Origin: an uncultured Alphaproteobacteria bacterium
GTDB taxonomy: Bacteria > Pseudomonadota > Alphaproteobacteria > RF32 > CAG-239
DNA: 64,000 nucleotides
Assembly: GCA_947588655.1 (NCBI GenBank)
Contig: CANPYS010000001.1
Coordinates: 6,391-70,390 of the forward strand
Reading direction: 5' to 3'
Made by a program: the position numbers and the translations under genes. The notes beneath the pieces are model-generated. The model had not been told where the DNA came from. It saw only the letters and a program-made list of their open reading frames with translations, and ran no database searches. Positions 18,612 through 28,102 of this stretch are shown piece by piece. Each line of letters starts with the position of its first letter. The first letter of the stretch is position 1.

Positions 18612-20684
18612 ATGTCAAAAATCAAAATTTCAAAAGGTCAAAGTTATCCGCTCGGTTCATCTTGGGACGGTAAGGGCGTTAATTTTGCGCTTTTTTCGGC
18701 ACATGCTGAAAAAGTAGAGCTTTGCCTTTTTGATTCGTTTGGCATACATGAAACTTTAAGAGTGTGTCTTTTAGAAAATGAACATGGCATTTGGCACACT
18801 TATTTAGAAGGTGTTGAACCAGGGCAGGTTTATGGTTGGCGCGTTTACGGACCTTATGCGCCTTTAGAAGGAAAACGCTTTAATCCAAACAAACTTTTGC
18901 TTGATCCTTATGCCAAAAAAATTGTTGGTAAATTAATTTGGCACAAAGCTATTTTTGGTTATGATATTGATAGTCCGGATCAAGATTTATCGTTTTCCGA
19001 GCTTGATAGTGCGCCTTATGTGCCAAAGTCTGTTGTCACATCTGATGACTTTGATTGGACCGATGATGTTAAGCCAAATTATGCATTTCAAGATACCGTG
19101 ATTTATGAACTGCATACAAAGGGGTTTACGGTTACACATCCGAAAGTACCGGATATGTATCGGGGCAAGTTTAAAGGTCTTGCCACTAAAATGGTTATGC
19201 GTTATCTGAAATGGCTCGGCGTTACAACGCTTGAACTTTTGCCTATTCATTATTTTGCCGGCGATGTTCTTGGTAAAAATATCAAAAATTATTGGGGCTA
19301 TGAAACGCTTAATTTCTTTACACCGGATGGTCTTTACCTTTCAGGTGGTGATGTTAAGGATTTGAAAGAAACAGTCAAGGCGTTGCATCAAAATGGTTTG
19401 GAAGTCATTTTAGATGTGGTTTATAATCATACTGGCGAGGGCAATCAGCTTGGACCGACACTTTGTTACCGTGGCATAGATAATGAAACTTATTATATCT
19501 TAGATAAAAATAACAAGCGTTTTTATTATGATAGCACTGGTTGCGGCGCATCTTTTAATGTGGAGAATCCAAATGTTTTAGCACTGGTTATGGATTCATT
19601 AAGGTATTTTGCATCAGAGGTTCATGTGGATGGATTTCGGTTTGATTTAGCCTCGTCACTCTCGCGTGTTCAAACTCAATTTTCTCAGCAAAGCGGTTTT
19701 TTATATGCCCTTCAGCAAGATGAAATTTTACGTTCCTTAAAGTTAATTGCCGAACCATGGGATACTGTGGCTGGAGGTTATCAGATTGGTGCTTTCCCGA
19801 CAAGTTGGGGCGAATGGAATGATCGTTTCCGTGACGTTGTGCGTCGTTTTTGGCGTGGCGATGAACGGCAAATTGGCGAGTTTGCAAGTCGTGTAGCCGG
19901 ATCAAGTGATATTTTCGGTTATAATAATCGCAATCTTTGGAGTAGTATTAATTTTGTGACAGCGCATGACGGCTTTAATTTGCACGATTTATTGAGTTAT
20001 AATCAAAAGCATAATGAAGTCAATGGCGAGGGTAATCGTGACGGTAATGATATGAATTGGAGTTGGAATGCTGGCGTTGAAGGTCGTGCCAAAGAGCCCT
20101 CTGTTTTGCAAAACCGTATGTTGCGTGCCAAGGCTTTAATGACCACGCTTTTATTATCGTTTGGGACACCTATGCTTGTTGCCGGCGATGAGTTTTTGAA
20201 TACTTCTTTTGGTAATAATAATCCTTATTGTCAGGATAATGTTTTTTCGTGGTTGGTTTGGGAAGCTATTCGCCCCGCTGATAAAAACTTTATTCGCTAT
20301 GTGCGCCGCTTAATTAAATTGCGTCAAAAGCTTGAAGTCTTTCATCGTATGCAGTTTTTCCAAGGAAATAAAATTTCGGATACAGACTTTAAAGATTTGG
20401 CTTGGTATAAAGAAGACGGCAATGAGTTTACGGCCGCTGATTGGAATAATGATAAACGGCGGAGTATCGCTTATTTGGCGTATGCGCCGCAAAGACTTTT
20501 GTTGGTTGTTTTTAATGCCGAGGCTCAAACAAAAATTTGGAAATTGCCTGCTTTGAAAAAAACAAAAAAATGGCGCTTGCTTGTTGACAGTTCTGCTCAG
20601 TTTGATACGCAAACCCCTTTGGGGCAGGGTAAAAAAATTGAGCTTCCGGCGTGGTCTGTTTTGGCGTTTGAAATTACAATTTAG
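18612..20684 (+). CDS. glgX: glycogen debranching enzyme
   Basis: 690 aa GH13_11-type: YWGY, VILDVVYNHT, DGFRFDLAS, EPWD, VTAHDGF motifs. Confidence 0.85.
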   Translation: MSKIKISKGQSYPLGSSWDGKGVNFALFSAHAEKVELCLFDSFGIHETLRVCLLENEHGIWHTYLEGVEPGQVYGWRVYGPYAPLEGKRFNPNKLLLDPYAKKIVGKLIWHKAIFGYDIDSPDQDLSFSELDSAPYVPKSVVTSDDFDWTDDVKPNYAFQDTVIYELHTKGFTVTHPKVPDMYRGKFKGLATKMVMRYLKWLGVTTLELLPIHYFAGDVLGKNIKNYWGYETLNFFTPDGLYLSGGDVKDLKETVKALHQNGLEVILDVVYNHTGEGNQLGPTLCYRGIDNETYYILDKNNKRFYYDSTGCGASFNVENPNVLALVMDSLRYFASEVHVDGFRFDLASSLSRVQTQFSQQSGFLYALQQDEILRSLKLIAEPWDTVAGGYQIGAFPTSWGEWNDRFRDVVRRFWRGDERQIGEFASRVAGSSDIFGYNNRNLWSSINFVTAHDGFNLHDLLSYNQKHNEVNGEGNRDGNDMNWSWNAGVEGRAKEPSVLQNRMLRAKALMTTLLLSFGTPMLVAGDEFLNTSFGNNNPYCQDNVFSWLVWEAIRPADKNFIRYVRRLIKLRQKLEVFHRMQFFQGNKISDTDFKDLAWYKEDGNEFTAADWNNDKRRSIAYLAYAPQRLLLVVFNAEAQTKIWKLPALKKTKKWRLLVDSSAQFDTQTPLGQGKKIELPAWSVLAFEITI

Positions 20685-20693
20685 GAGGCAGTC

Positions 20694-22841
20694 GTGGATG
20701 CCCGATTGAAACTTTTGGCAGAAAAATTAGGTGTTTCGGTTTATTTTTCCGATGCCGGTGTTTCTCAAAAAAATTATGAAGTTGATGAAAAAACGGTTCG
20801 CTTTTTTTGTGCTGAACTTGGCTATCTAGCACGCAATGCTCAAGAAGTTGAAAGCTCACTTAAAGCTGTTGAAAATAAAAGTTGGAAAACACCTTTTGAA
20901 AATATGATTGTGATGCGGCAAGATAAGCCCGAGATTGTATTTTCTTTGCCTGCAACCTATGAGCCGAAAGATTTGTCTGTGGAGCTTTATGCCAAAGGGT
21001 GTAAAGAGCCATTGTCTTATGCCTTTTTTTGTACGCCGACAACCGAGGAAAAAATTATTGGAAGTAAGGTTTTCAGACGGTGGCAATTTGTTTGGCAAGA
21101 TGAACTTCCTTGGGGTTATTATGACTTTATTTTGCATGCTGGTAAAGAAGTCTTTCGGACAATTTTAGCCTGCGTGCCAAGCCGGTGCTATACGACAGAT
21201 GAGGTTGAAAACGGTCGGCTTTGGGGCTTTAATCTGCAACTTTATTCTTTAAAAAGTTGCCGCAATTGGGGCGTTGGTGATTTGACTGATTTGAAAAATT
21301 TTGCCCACCTTTGCGCTCGTGTTGGCGCTGATGTTATTGGGCTTAATCCGCTTAATCCGTTGTTTCATGATTTTCCGGAAAATGCCAGTCCTTATAATTC
21401 AGTTAGCCGAATGTTTTTGAATCCGATTTATTTGGATGTGGAAAAAGTGCCGACTTTTTCCTTTGATATTTTGCCTGATTTGAAAGCACAAATTGCCGAT
21501 GCCCAAAAAGGCGAATATATCAATTATACAAAGGTTTATCAGCTTAAAATGAAAGTCTTACATCAAATTTTTGAAGCCAACAAATTTGATGAAACATATC
21601 AACGGGCTTTCCAAAAATTTATGGAAGAAGAAGGGTGGCATTTGGAAATTTTTGCCACCTATCAGGCTCTCTATAGCAAGGAATGTACTTGTGTCTGGGG
21701 CGGTTGTGCCGCTTGGCCGAAAGAGTTGCAAAATCCGGCATCATTGGCAGTTGAAAAGTTTAGAAAAGATAATGCGCATGAAATTTTATTCTTTAAATTT
21801 TTGCAATTTGAAACATCACGACAGTTTCAGGAAGTGTTTGATGTTGTAAAGCATTTAGGCTTAAAAATTGGTCTTTATCGTGACTTGCCTGTTGGCGTTT
21901 GCAAAGATAGTGCAGAGTTTTGGTGTGATAAGGGCGCTTTTATGCCGCATGCCGGTGCCGGTGCGCCGCCGGATGCTTTTTTTCCAAATGGGCAAAAATG
22001 GTGCTTGGGAGCGTTTCATCCTTTTGCTTTAAAGCAACGTGCTTATGAACCCTTTTTGAAAGTTTTGCGCGCGAATATGCGTTGTGCCGGTGCTTTGCGA
22101 ATTGACCATGTGATGGGGTTGATGCGCTTGTTTATGATTCCAGATCGGGAAAAAGACGGTACTTATATTGCCTATGCTTTTGATGATATGCTTGGGCTTG
22201 TGGCTTTGGAAAGTCATTTGAATAAAACCCTGATTGTGGGCGAAAGTATTGGCAATGTGCCGGAAGGTTTTATGGATCATTTGCAAATGTCAAGGATTTA
22301 TTCTATCAGTGTTTTGTGGTCGGAGCGTTGGCAAAATGGTTCGGGCTTATTTAAAATGCCTTGCGATTATTGTGAAAATGCCTTTGTTTCTGTGGGGACG
22401 CATGATATGCCGCCTTTAAAAATGTGGTGGTTTGGTTATGATATTGAACTTCGGCACAGGCTCAAGATGATTAATGATTCGGAGCGTGTCGGGGCTTATA
22501 AATTAAGAGAAGCGGATCGGCAAAAACTTTTAGATGCTTTAGATTATAATCGTGTCTGGCCGGAAGATAAACCGCGGAAAGGCAATTATCTTTACGGCGA
22601 GGGTTTTCCCGAAGGGTTGGAAGAGGCCGTTCATCGGTTGATTGCCGCCTCATGCGCTAAAGTGGCACTTATTCAGCCTGAAGATGTTTTTCAAGTGTCT
22701 AAGCAACAAAATGTTCCAGGGACAGATTGCGATGTTTATCCTAATTGGCGGTTGCGTCTGCCGATTGATTTAGAAAACTTTTTGTCTTCCGAAGCTTTTA
22801 TGCGCAACGTCAATGCCATGAAGCGCGAACGCGGGCGTTAA
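20694..22841 (+). CDS. malQ: 4-alpha-glucanotransferase (amylomaltase, GH77) with ~150-aa N-terminal extension
   Basis: GH77 motifs (GDLTDL, NPLNP, RIDHVMGL, VGESIGNVPEG, GTHDMPP). GTG start as called in the ORF track. Confidence 0.8.
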   Translation: MDARLKLLAEKLGVSVYFSDAGVSQKNYEVDEKTVRFFCAELGYLARNAQEVESSLKAVENKSWKTPFENMIVMRQDKPEIVFSLPATYEPKDLSVELYAKGCKEPLSYAFFCTPTTEEKIIGSKVFRRWQFVWQDELPWGYYDFILHAGKEVFRTILACVPSRCYTTDEVENGRLWGFNLQLYSLKSCRNWGVGDLTDLKNFAHLCARVGADVIGLNPLNPLFHDFPENASPYNSVSRMFLNPIYLDVEKVPTFSFDILPDLKAQIADAQKGEYINYTKVYQLKMKVLHQIFEANKFDETYQRAFQKFMEEEGWHLEIFATYQALYSKECTCVWGGCAAWPKELQNPASLAVEKFRKDNAHEILFFKFLQFETSRQFQEVFDVVKHLGLKIGLYRDLPVGVCKDSAEFWCDKGAFMPHAGAGAPPDAFFPNGQKWCLGAFHPFALKQRAYEPFLKVLRANMRCAGALRIDHVMGLMRLFMIPDREKDGTYIAYAFDDMLGLVALESHLNKTLIVGESIGNVPEGFMDHLQMSRIYSISVLWSERWQNGSGLFKMPCDYCENAFVSVGTHDMPPLKMWWFGYDIELRHRLKMINDSERVGAYKLREADRQKLLDALDYNRVWPEDKPRKGNYLYGEGFPEGLEEAVHRLIAASCAKVALIQPEDVFQVSKQQNVPGTDCDVYPNWRLRLPIDLENFLSSEAFMRNVNAMKRERGR

Positions 22842-23566
22842 TCTTTGCTTGACTTTAAGGCATTAATTATGCCGTAAAGTGTGTTCAATTCCTGCTTGGT
22901 CATTTGATTGCGTGAGAAGATATTGCGTATGTTACGTTGCAATGATGGGCGTTTCTCGGCATCTTGAAAATTTTTATATTGCTTGAGAGATGCTTCCAAA
23001 AACTCAAAAAAATTTAGCAACTCTTCTTTATCAGCCAATTTTCCAGCGTTTGTTTGAAAAATTTCACGCGGGGGATTGAGTTGTTTTTTGTACCACTCAT
23101 AACCAACAAGTAAAACCGCTTGTGACAGATTCAAGGAACAATGTTCAGGGTTAAGCGGAATTTCAATAATAGCATCAGCCTTTGAAACTTCATCATTTTC
23201 AAGCCCTGTGCGCTCAGGACCGAATAAAACGCCGCATTGAGCTTGTTCGTTTATTTTTTGGTGCAGAATTTCCGCGGCTTTGTCCGCGGTATAAATAGCT
23301 TTGACCTGATTGCGCCGTCTTGCTGTTGTTGCCAAAACAAGGTTCAAATCTTTTAGCGCCTCGTCTAAGGTTGAAAAAATTTGCGCATGATGTAAAATTT
23401 TTTCTGCGCCACTGGATGCCGCTAAAGCTTTGCTATCTGTCGGACTTTGATGTGGTGCAACTAAGCGCATTTCGTATAAGCCGCAATTAAGCATTGCGCG
23501 TGCTGTCATGCCGATATTTTCCGCCAATTGCGGTCGTACCAAAATGATTTTGGGCAGATTTTGCAT
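22838..23566 (-). CDS. trmJ: SpoU-family RNA 2'-O-methyltransferase (TrmJ-like)
   Basis: 242 aa with SPOUT motifs (ILVRPQLAENIGMTARAM, VLFGPERTGL, IPLNPEHCSLNLSQAV). Confidence 0.7.
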   Translation of the reverse strand: MQNLPKIILVRPQLAENIGMTARAMLNCGLYEMRLVAPHQSPTDSKALAASSGAEKILHHAQIFSTLDEALKDLNLVLATTARRRNQVKAIYTADKAAEILHQKINEQAQCGVLFGPERTGLENDEVSKADAIIEIPLNPEHCSLNLSQAVLLVGYEWYKKQLNPPREIFQTNAGKLADKEELLNFFEFLEASLKQYKNFQDAEKRPSLQRNIRNIFSRNQMTKQELNTLYGIINALKSSKD

Positions 23567-23567
23567 C

Positions 23568-24173
23568 TTAGTCTGTGCCTAAAATATCCAGTGTGTTAAA
23601 AATCAGGTTATTAAAGTCTAAGCCACTGTAATTTTCCATGATGTTAATCATATTTTTAAATGATGTGCTAAAAGGATCCGTGCCACTATTTAAATCACTC
23701 ATACTTTGGTGCATGTAAAGACTATAATTTTTAGGTAAATCCTTGATTTTTTGATCATAGCTTGTCGGAATTTTATAACCCATATTGCGCAGATGTTCAA
23801 GCATCACAATCATATTATGGCGGTTCACTTCAGGGGCAATCATTTCTTCGCCGCCACCGGCTGTTGAACTGAAAGTTGTTGCCTCGCCGATATAATTTAA
23901 TTTGCCGTGTTGTCCGCTACCACGCCATGTTTTAATGCCACTGCGATCACGAGCGCGCGCCCAAGGATCAACAGGGATAATTTGCCCGCCACCTTCATTG
24001 TTTTGATAAATAGGCGCATTGGTGATAGCGCCCTCTGTGCCGTTGCCGACATTATCGCCAAAATAGCCATCATTAGGATGTGGCGCCCATGGATTGCCAG
24101 GGAGTTGCGCCCATACGCTGTTTGAAAAAGTCAGCAGACAAAGGGATGTCAAAAAAGCATAAATTAAGCGCAT
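23568..24173 (-). CDS. hypothetical secreted protein
   Basis: Signal peptide MRLIYAFLTSLCLLTFSNSVWA. Gly/Asn-rich, no recognised family. Confidence 0.4.
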   Translation of the reverse strand: MRLIYAFLTSLCLLTFSNSVWAQLPGNPWAPHPNDGYFGDNVGNGTEGAITNAPIYQNNEGGGQIIPVDPWARARDRSGIKTWRGSGQHGKLNYIGEATTFSSTAGGGEEMIAPEVNRHNMIVMLEHLRNMGYKIPTSYDQKIKDLPKNYSLYMHQSMSDLNSGTDPFSTSFKNMINIMENYSGLDFNNLIFNTLDILGTD

Positions 24174-24239
24174 GGTCTTTCTCCTTTTGTTTATATATTT
24201 TAGTATAACATAAAAATTTTAAAAAGAATAGTGATATTA

Positions 24240-24926
24240 TTATGACATTTTACTTTTTTTCAAAATTTCTATCTCTTCATGTAAATTTTTAATTTGAATT
24301 TGAAGTTTTTTGAAATCTTCATCAAAAGAATCGGGCGCATTACCGTTTAGGCCGTAAGCGCAAAAGGTTTTATCTTTTGTTTTGTTCTTTTCAACCTTGT
24401 GCGCGGCAACGCCAACAACCGTTGTGTCGGGAGCAACGTCTTTAACGACAACCGCGTTAGAACCGACTTTAGCATTGTTGCCGATTTTGATTGGACCTAA
24501 AATTTGAGCGCCCGAACCAACAATCACATTATCCCCTAAAGTCGGGTGACGCTTGGTCGTGACTTTGCCGTTTTTATCAAAAACCGTTGCGCCACCTAAG
24601 GTTACATCGTGATAAAGCGTAACATTTTCGCCAATGTCTGTTGTTTCGCCAATTACCACGCCCATGCCGTGATCAATGAAGAAACCTTTGCCGATGTTTG
24701 CCGCCGGATGAATTTCAATGCCTGTGAAAAAACGGCAAATGCCTGATAAAAAGCGAGCTGTAAGCTTCCAATTTTTTTGCCACAAATAGTGGTTAAGCCT
24801 GTAACAGGAAATGGCATGAAAGCCTGATGAAAACAAAGCGGCTTCAAAACGAGAATGTGTCGCCGGATCGCGCGCGATGACGGCGTCTAAATCCGATAAA
24901 ATTGTAGAATTTTCTTTTTTCTTCAT
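24240..24926 (-). CDS. cysE: serine O-acetyltransferase with C-terminal coiled-coil tail
   Basis: Left-handed beta-helix hexapeptide repeats (GIEIHPAANIGKGFFIDHGMGVVIGETTDIGENVTLYHDVTLGG) plus N-terminal SAT helical region. Confidence 0.75.
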   Translation of the reverse strand: MKKKENSTILSDLDAVIARDPATHSRFEAALFSSGFHAISCYRLNHYLWQKNWKLTARFLSGICRFFTGIEIHPAANIGKGFFIDHGMGVVIGETTDIGENVTLYHDVTLGGATVFDKNGKVTTKRHPTLGDNVIVGSGAQILGPIKIGNNAKVGSNAVVVKDVAPDTTVVGVAAHKVEKNKTKDKTFCAYGLNGNAPDSFDEDFKKLQIQIKNLHEEIEILKKSKMS

Positions 24927-25018
24927 GAGAGATTTTTCCTCTAAAAACTTGACATTTATAATTTTATAGTTTAATAATCTAGTTTAAAATAGTAAATTAA
25001 TCATAAAAGAGTAGGTCA

Positions 25019-25768
25019 ATGGTTGAAGTTTTATTTAACGGACATGCCGGACGCTTGGAAGGCAGGTATCATCAAGGGGCGAAACCAAACTCGCCTGTGG
25101 CTTTGATTCTGCATCCACATCCGCAATATGGTGGTACAATGAATAATAAGGTTGTTTACAGCCTTTTTAGTTGTTTTCGGGATTTAGGTTTTTCTGTTTT
25201 GCGTTTTAATTTCAGGAGTGTCGGGCGTTCTCAGGGTATGTTTGAAAATGGTCCGGGCGAGCTTTCGGATGCTACAGTGGCTCTGGATTGGCTTCAATTG
25301 CATAATCCTGATGCGCGTCAATGTTGGATTGCCGGATATTCGTTTGGGGCATGGATTGCATTGCAGCTTTTGATGCGTCGTCCCGATATTAATAATTTTA
25401 TTGCTGTATCGCCACCTGCGAATGAAAATGATTTTACTTTTTTGGCGCCTTGCCCAACATCCGGCTTGGTTATTCAGGGGGGCAAAGATGAGATTGTGCC
25501 ACCGGAAACGGTTGTCGCACTTGCAAAACGCCTAAATGCTCAACGGAATGTTGATATTGATTTTGCCATGATTGAAGAGGGCGACCATATGTATAATAAT
25601 CATTTGGTTGATTTATATAAAGTGGCTGGTCATTATGTGGTAGATACTATGAATAAGCCTCCCGTTTCCCGTAAACCTGTAGAAACTATACAAGCTGACG
25701 ATAATGATGATTTGTTGATGTTGGAAGGGGACGAAGATTTGGAAGAAGATGATGAAGAAAGTCTTTAG
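25019..25768 (+). CDS. alpha/beta-fold hydrolase (COG2945-like) with acidic C-terminal tail
   Basis: GYSFG nucleophile elbow. Asp and His further downstream. Tail DDNDDLLMLEGDEDLEEDDEESL. Confidence 0.6.
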   Translation: MVEVLFNGHAGRLEGRYHQGAKPNSPVALILHPHPQYGGTMNNKVVYSLFSCFRDLGFSVLRFNFRSVGRSQGMFENGPGELSDATVALDWLQLHNPDARQCWIAGYSFGAWIALQLLMRRPDINNFIAVSPPANENDFTFLAPCPTSGLVIQGGKDEIVPPETVVALAKRLNAQRNVDIDFAMIEEGDHMYNNHLVDLYKVAGHYVVDTMNKPPVSRKPVETIQADDNDDLLMLEGDEDLEEDDEESL

Positions 25769-26275
25769 GAATCGCGTTTCATAAGCTAGGAAAAGTAAAG
25801 AATTTACTTTATCGTCACTCACAAGAGTTTGCTATAACTGATGGTTAGGGAATGATAAGTAACACTTTCACCTTGTTTGGGTGAATTTGGATTTTTAGAT
25901 TAGGCATTGGAACAAAACAGGTGGAGATTGTGTAGCACTCTCCGCCTGTACTTCTATTTGTGACTTTTAGATTTAACTGAGCAAGAGAATATATAAAAAG
26001 CACTAAGAATCAATAACTTATTAACAAAACGTATGCAAAAAAAAGTAGAGGTTAAAAAACAACAATTACTTTTGTTGTTTTTTTTGCTCTTCTTGCTCGT
26101 AAGTGTTGCGATGAACGCAAAACTAACTCGCTTCGGTCACCGCTCTGTAACGCTTGCTTTGGCGCCTATCGGCGTCTTGCAAGCTAACACTCGCGTTATC
26201 TCGCCCAAAAAACACCAATTACTTTTGGTGTTTTTTGGGCTCTACGCCTCAGAATGACGCAAATATTACCATTAA

Positions 26276-26543
26276 AATCAACAACTTATCAACAAAATGC
26301 ATGCAAAAAAAGGTACCTTTAAATGTGCATTTTGTCAAGCAAAAAATTTTGAGATATTTCAAAAGGTTATTTTCTTGATGAAATGTGCATTTAAACGTAC
26401 GTTTTTTTGAGAAGATTCTCAAAGGTCATCCTGAACTCGTTTCAGGATCTCATAAAAAAAGATGCTGAAACAAGTTCAGCATGACATTTGGGGCGTTCAG
26501 CATGACGATTCGGATGGAGAACTTTATAATTAAGGAGTAAAGA
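26276..26543 (+). promoter_or_regulatory. conserved ~250-bp upstream cassette of paralog family (copy 1)
   Basis: AAATGTGCATTT at 26321-26332 and 26381-26392. TGAGAAGATTCTCA. Hairpin arm1 26424-26453 / A7 / arm2 26461-26485. TGACGATTCGG. RBS TAAGGAG. Confidence 0.75.
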
Positions 26544-27593
26544 ATGAAGTACGTTTTATTTTTAGTTATGGTTTTGTTTTCAAATCAGGCGGTGGCGCTG
26601 AATTGTGAAAAGCAACCGACATGTGAGGAGTTAAATTATTCCAAAGAAGATGATCCACAATGCGCCGATGACGGCTATATCTTATGTCCGTTTGACTTTT
26701 CCTATAAAAAATGTTTACAGCCTGATTGTGAAAAATTAGGTTTTACATCATCTGAAAAATCAGGTTGGTGTTCTGAAATTATTACTTGTCCGCAAGATTC
26801 TTCTTATACGGCTTGCAACTGTCTTAAGCCACGTTGCAACATCGGCGATGTGTTGTATGCGGACAGCTCTTGTGGCGATGTCAAAGATTACAGCGAAGAT
26901 AAAGTTGCGGTTGGTGTGGTTTATTACACAAACTGCGATGGTGGTGGCAAGGTGATTAGTCTTAAAGATTTAACGCTTGATTCAAACTATGTTTTTCACC
27001 CAACAGAGCCTTTTGGCAACACCGCTCTTTACAAGTTTCCTTGGGGACTTTCTGGCGTAACTGTTCCAGGCTTGAAATATAAGTGGGCTACTAATGAACA
27101 ATTCTTGCTCGCTCTTCAAACAAGAGATCCTGACTTTTTCAACGGCGAAAAAGATACGCAAACTTTGATTAATTTCAAGAAAGACTCTTGCTCTTATGAT
27201 GAAGGCACAAAAGGATATGCTGAGTATTGCGTGGCGACGGCGGCTTTGGCGGCGCATCAATTTTATCCGCTTGGCGTTGAGCCAAACAATACGATTGTCG
27301 GCGCAGGGCGTTGGTATTTGCCCTCTCTTGGCGAGCTAACCGAACTTTATGGCTATGATTATGACCAAGTTACGACATGGGATACTGGAAAAACGGGCAA
27401 AACAAAAGAAAAAGTCACTCAGACGCTTACAACGCTTGAAGGCAAAGCGGAACCTTTAAAAAATATTGAATACTGGGCTTCAATTGAATACTCTGGAGAT
27501 ATTGCTTATGAATTGAAAGCTGACGGTTCTATCAGCAAATATTATAAAAAAGATCCGCACTGCGCTGTCCGCGCCAGTTTGAACTTTCGGTAA
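26544..27593 (+). CDS. secreted Cys-rich paralog P1: conserved N-module plus DUF1566/Lcl-C-like C-terminal domain
   Basis: Signal peptide ...QAVA|LNCE. N-module NCEKQPTCEELNYSKEDDPQCADDGYILCPFDFSYKKCLQPDCEKLGFT. C-terminal WYLPSLGEL, YWASIEY and ...HCAVRASLNFR match DUF1566-type motifs. Confidence 0.8.
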   Translation: MKYVLFLVMVLFSNQAVALNCEKQPTCEELNYSKEDDPQCADDGYILCPFDFSYKKCLQPDCEKLGFTSSEKSGWCSEIITCPQDSSYTACNCLKPRCNIGDVLYADSSCGDVKDYSEDKVAVGVVYYTNCDGGGKVISLKDLTLDSNYVFHPTEPFGNTALYKFPWGLSGVTVPGLKYKWATNEQFLLALQTRDPDFFNGEKDTQTLINFKKDSCSYDEGTKGYAEYCVATAALAAHQFYPLGVEPNNTIVGAGRWYLPSLGELTELYGYDYDQVTTWDTGKTGKTKEKVTQTLTTLEGKAEPLKNIEYWASIEYSGDIAYELKADGSISKYYKKDPHCAVRASLNFR

Positions 27594-27597
27594 AAAG

Positions 27598-27636
27598 AAC
27601 CCCCTCTTTTCCAAGAGGGGCGTTTTTATTCTTCAA
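27598..27636 (+). terminator. rho-independent terminator after P1
   Basis: CCCCTCTTTTCCAAGAGGGG then CGTTTTTATT. Confidence 0.7.
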
Positions 27637-27831
27637 CAAAACCAGCTTGCAGTTTTTCCTTTTTAACACAAATGATGACGGCGGTTATTCAGCGGGACAC
27701 AGGCAAAAGAGCCTCCTTGCCTTCTTTTTGTCTTCCGGCACATTGTTTGCCGAAATTTGGCGTAAAATTATGCTGAGCGCGGTAGAACCCTAAAAAATTC
27801 AAGATTTTTTGAAGCCTAAAATTTTATAAAA

Positions 27832-28102
27832 TTCAAGAATTTATCAACAAAATGTGTGCAAAAAAAGGTACCTTTAAATGTGCATTTTGTCAAGCAAAAA
27901 ATTTTGAGATATTTCAAAAGGTTATTTTCTTGATGAAATGTGCATTTAAACGTACGTTTTTTTGAGAAGATTCTCAAAGGTCATCCTGAACTCGTTTCAG
28001 GATCTCATAAAAAGAGATGCTGAAACAAGTTCAGCATGACTTTTGGGGTCGTTTCAGGATGACGATTCGGATGGGAGGACTTTTTTATTTAAGGAGTAAA
28101 AA
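27832..28102 (+). promoter_or_regulatory. conserved upstream cassette (copy 2)
   Basis: Near-identical to 26276-26543 including both hairpins and palindromes. Confidence 0.75.

Noticed and set aside
26033-26378. 74-aa ORFs in the paralog intergenic region
   Set aside because: They run across terminator hairpins and cassette repeats (poly-Leu/Phe from T-rich hairpin arms). Repeat-derived.
26424-26485. The arm1/arm2 inverted repeats as recombinase inversion sites (invertible promoter)
   Set aside because: The two arms are adjacent (7-nt spacer) rather than flanking a promoter segment, so they cannot delimit an invertible element. Kept only as hairpin/operator candidates. Inversion between distant cassette copies remains untested.
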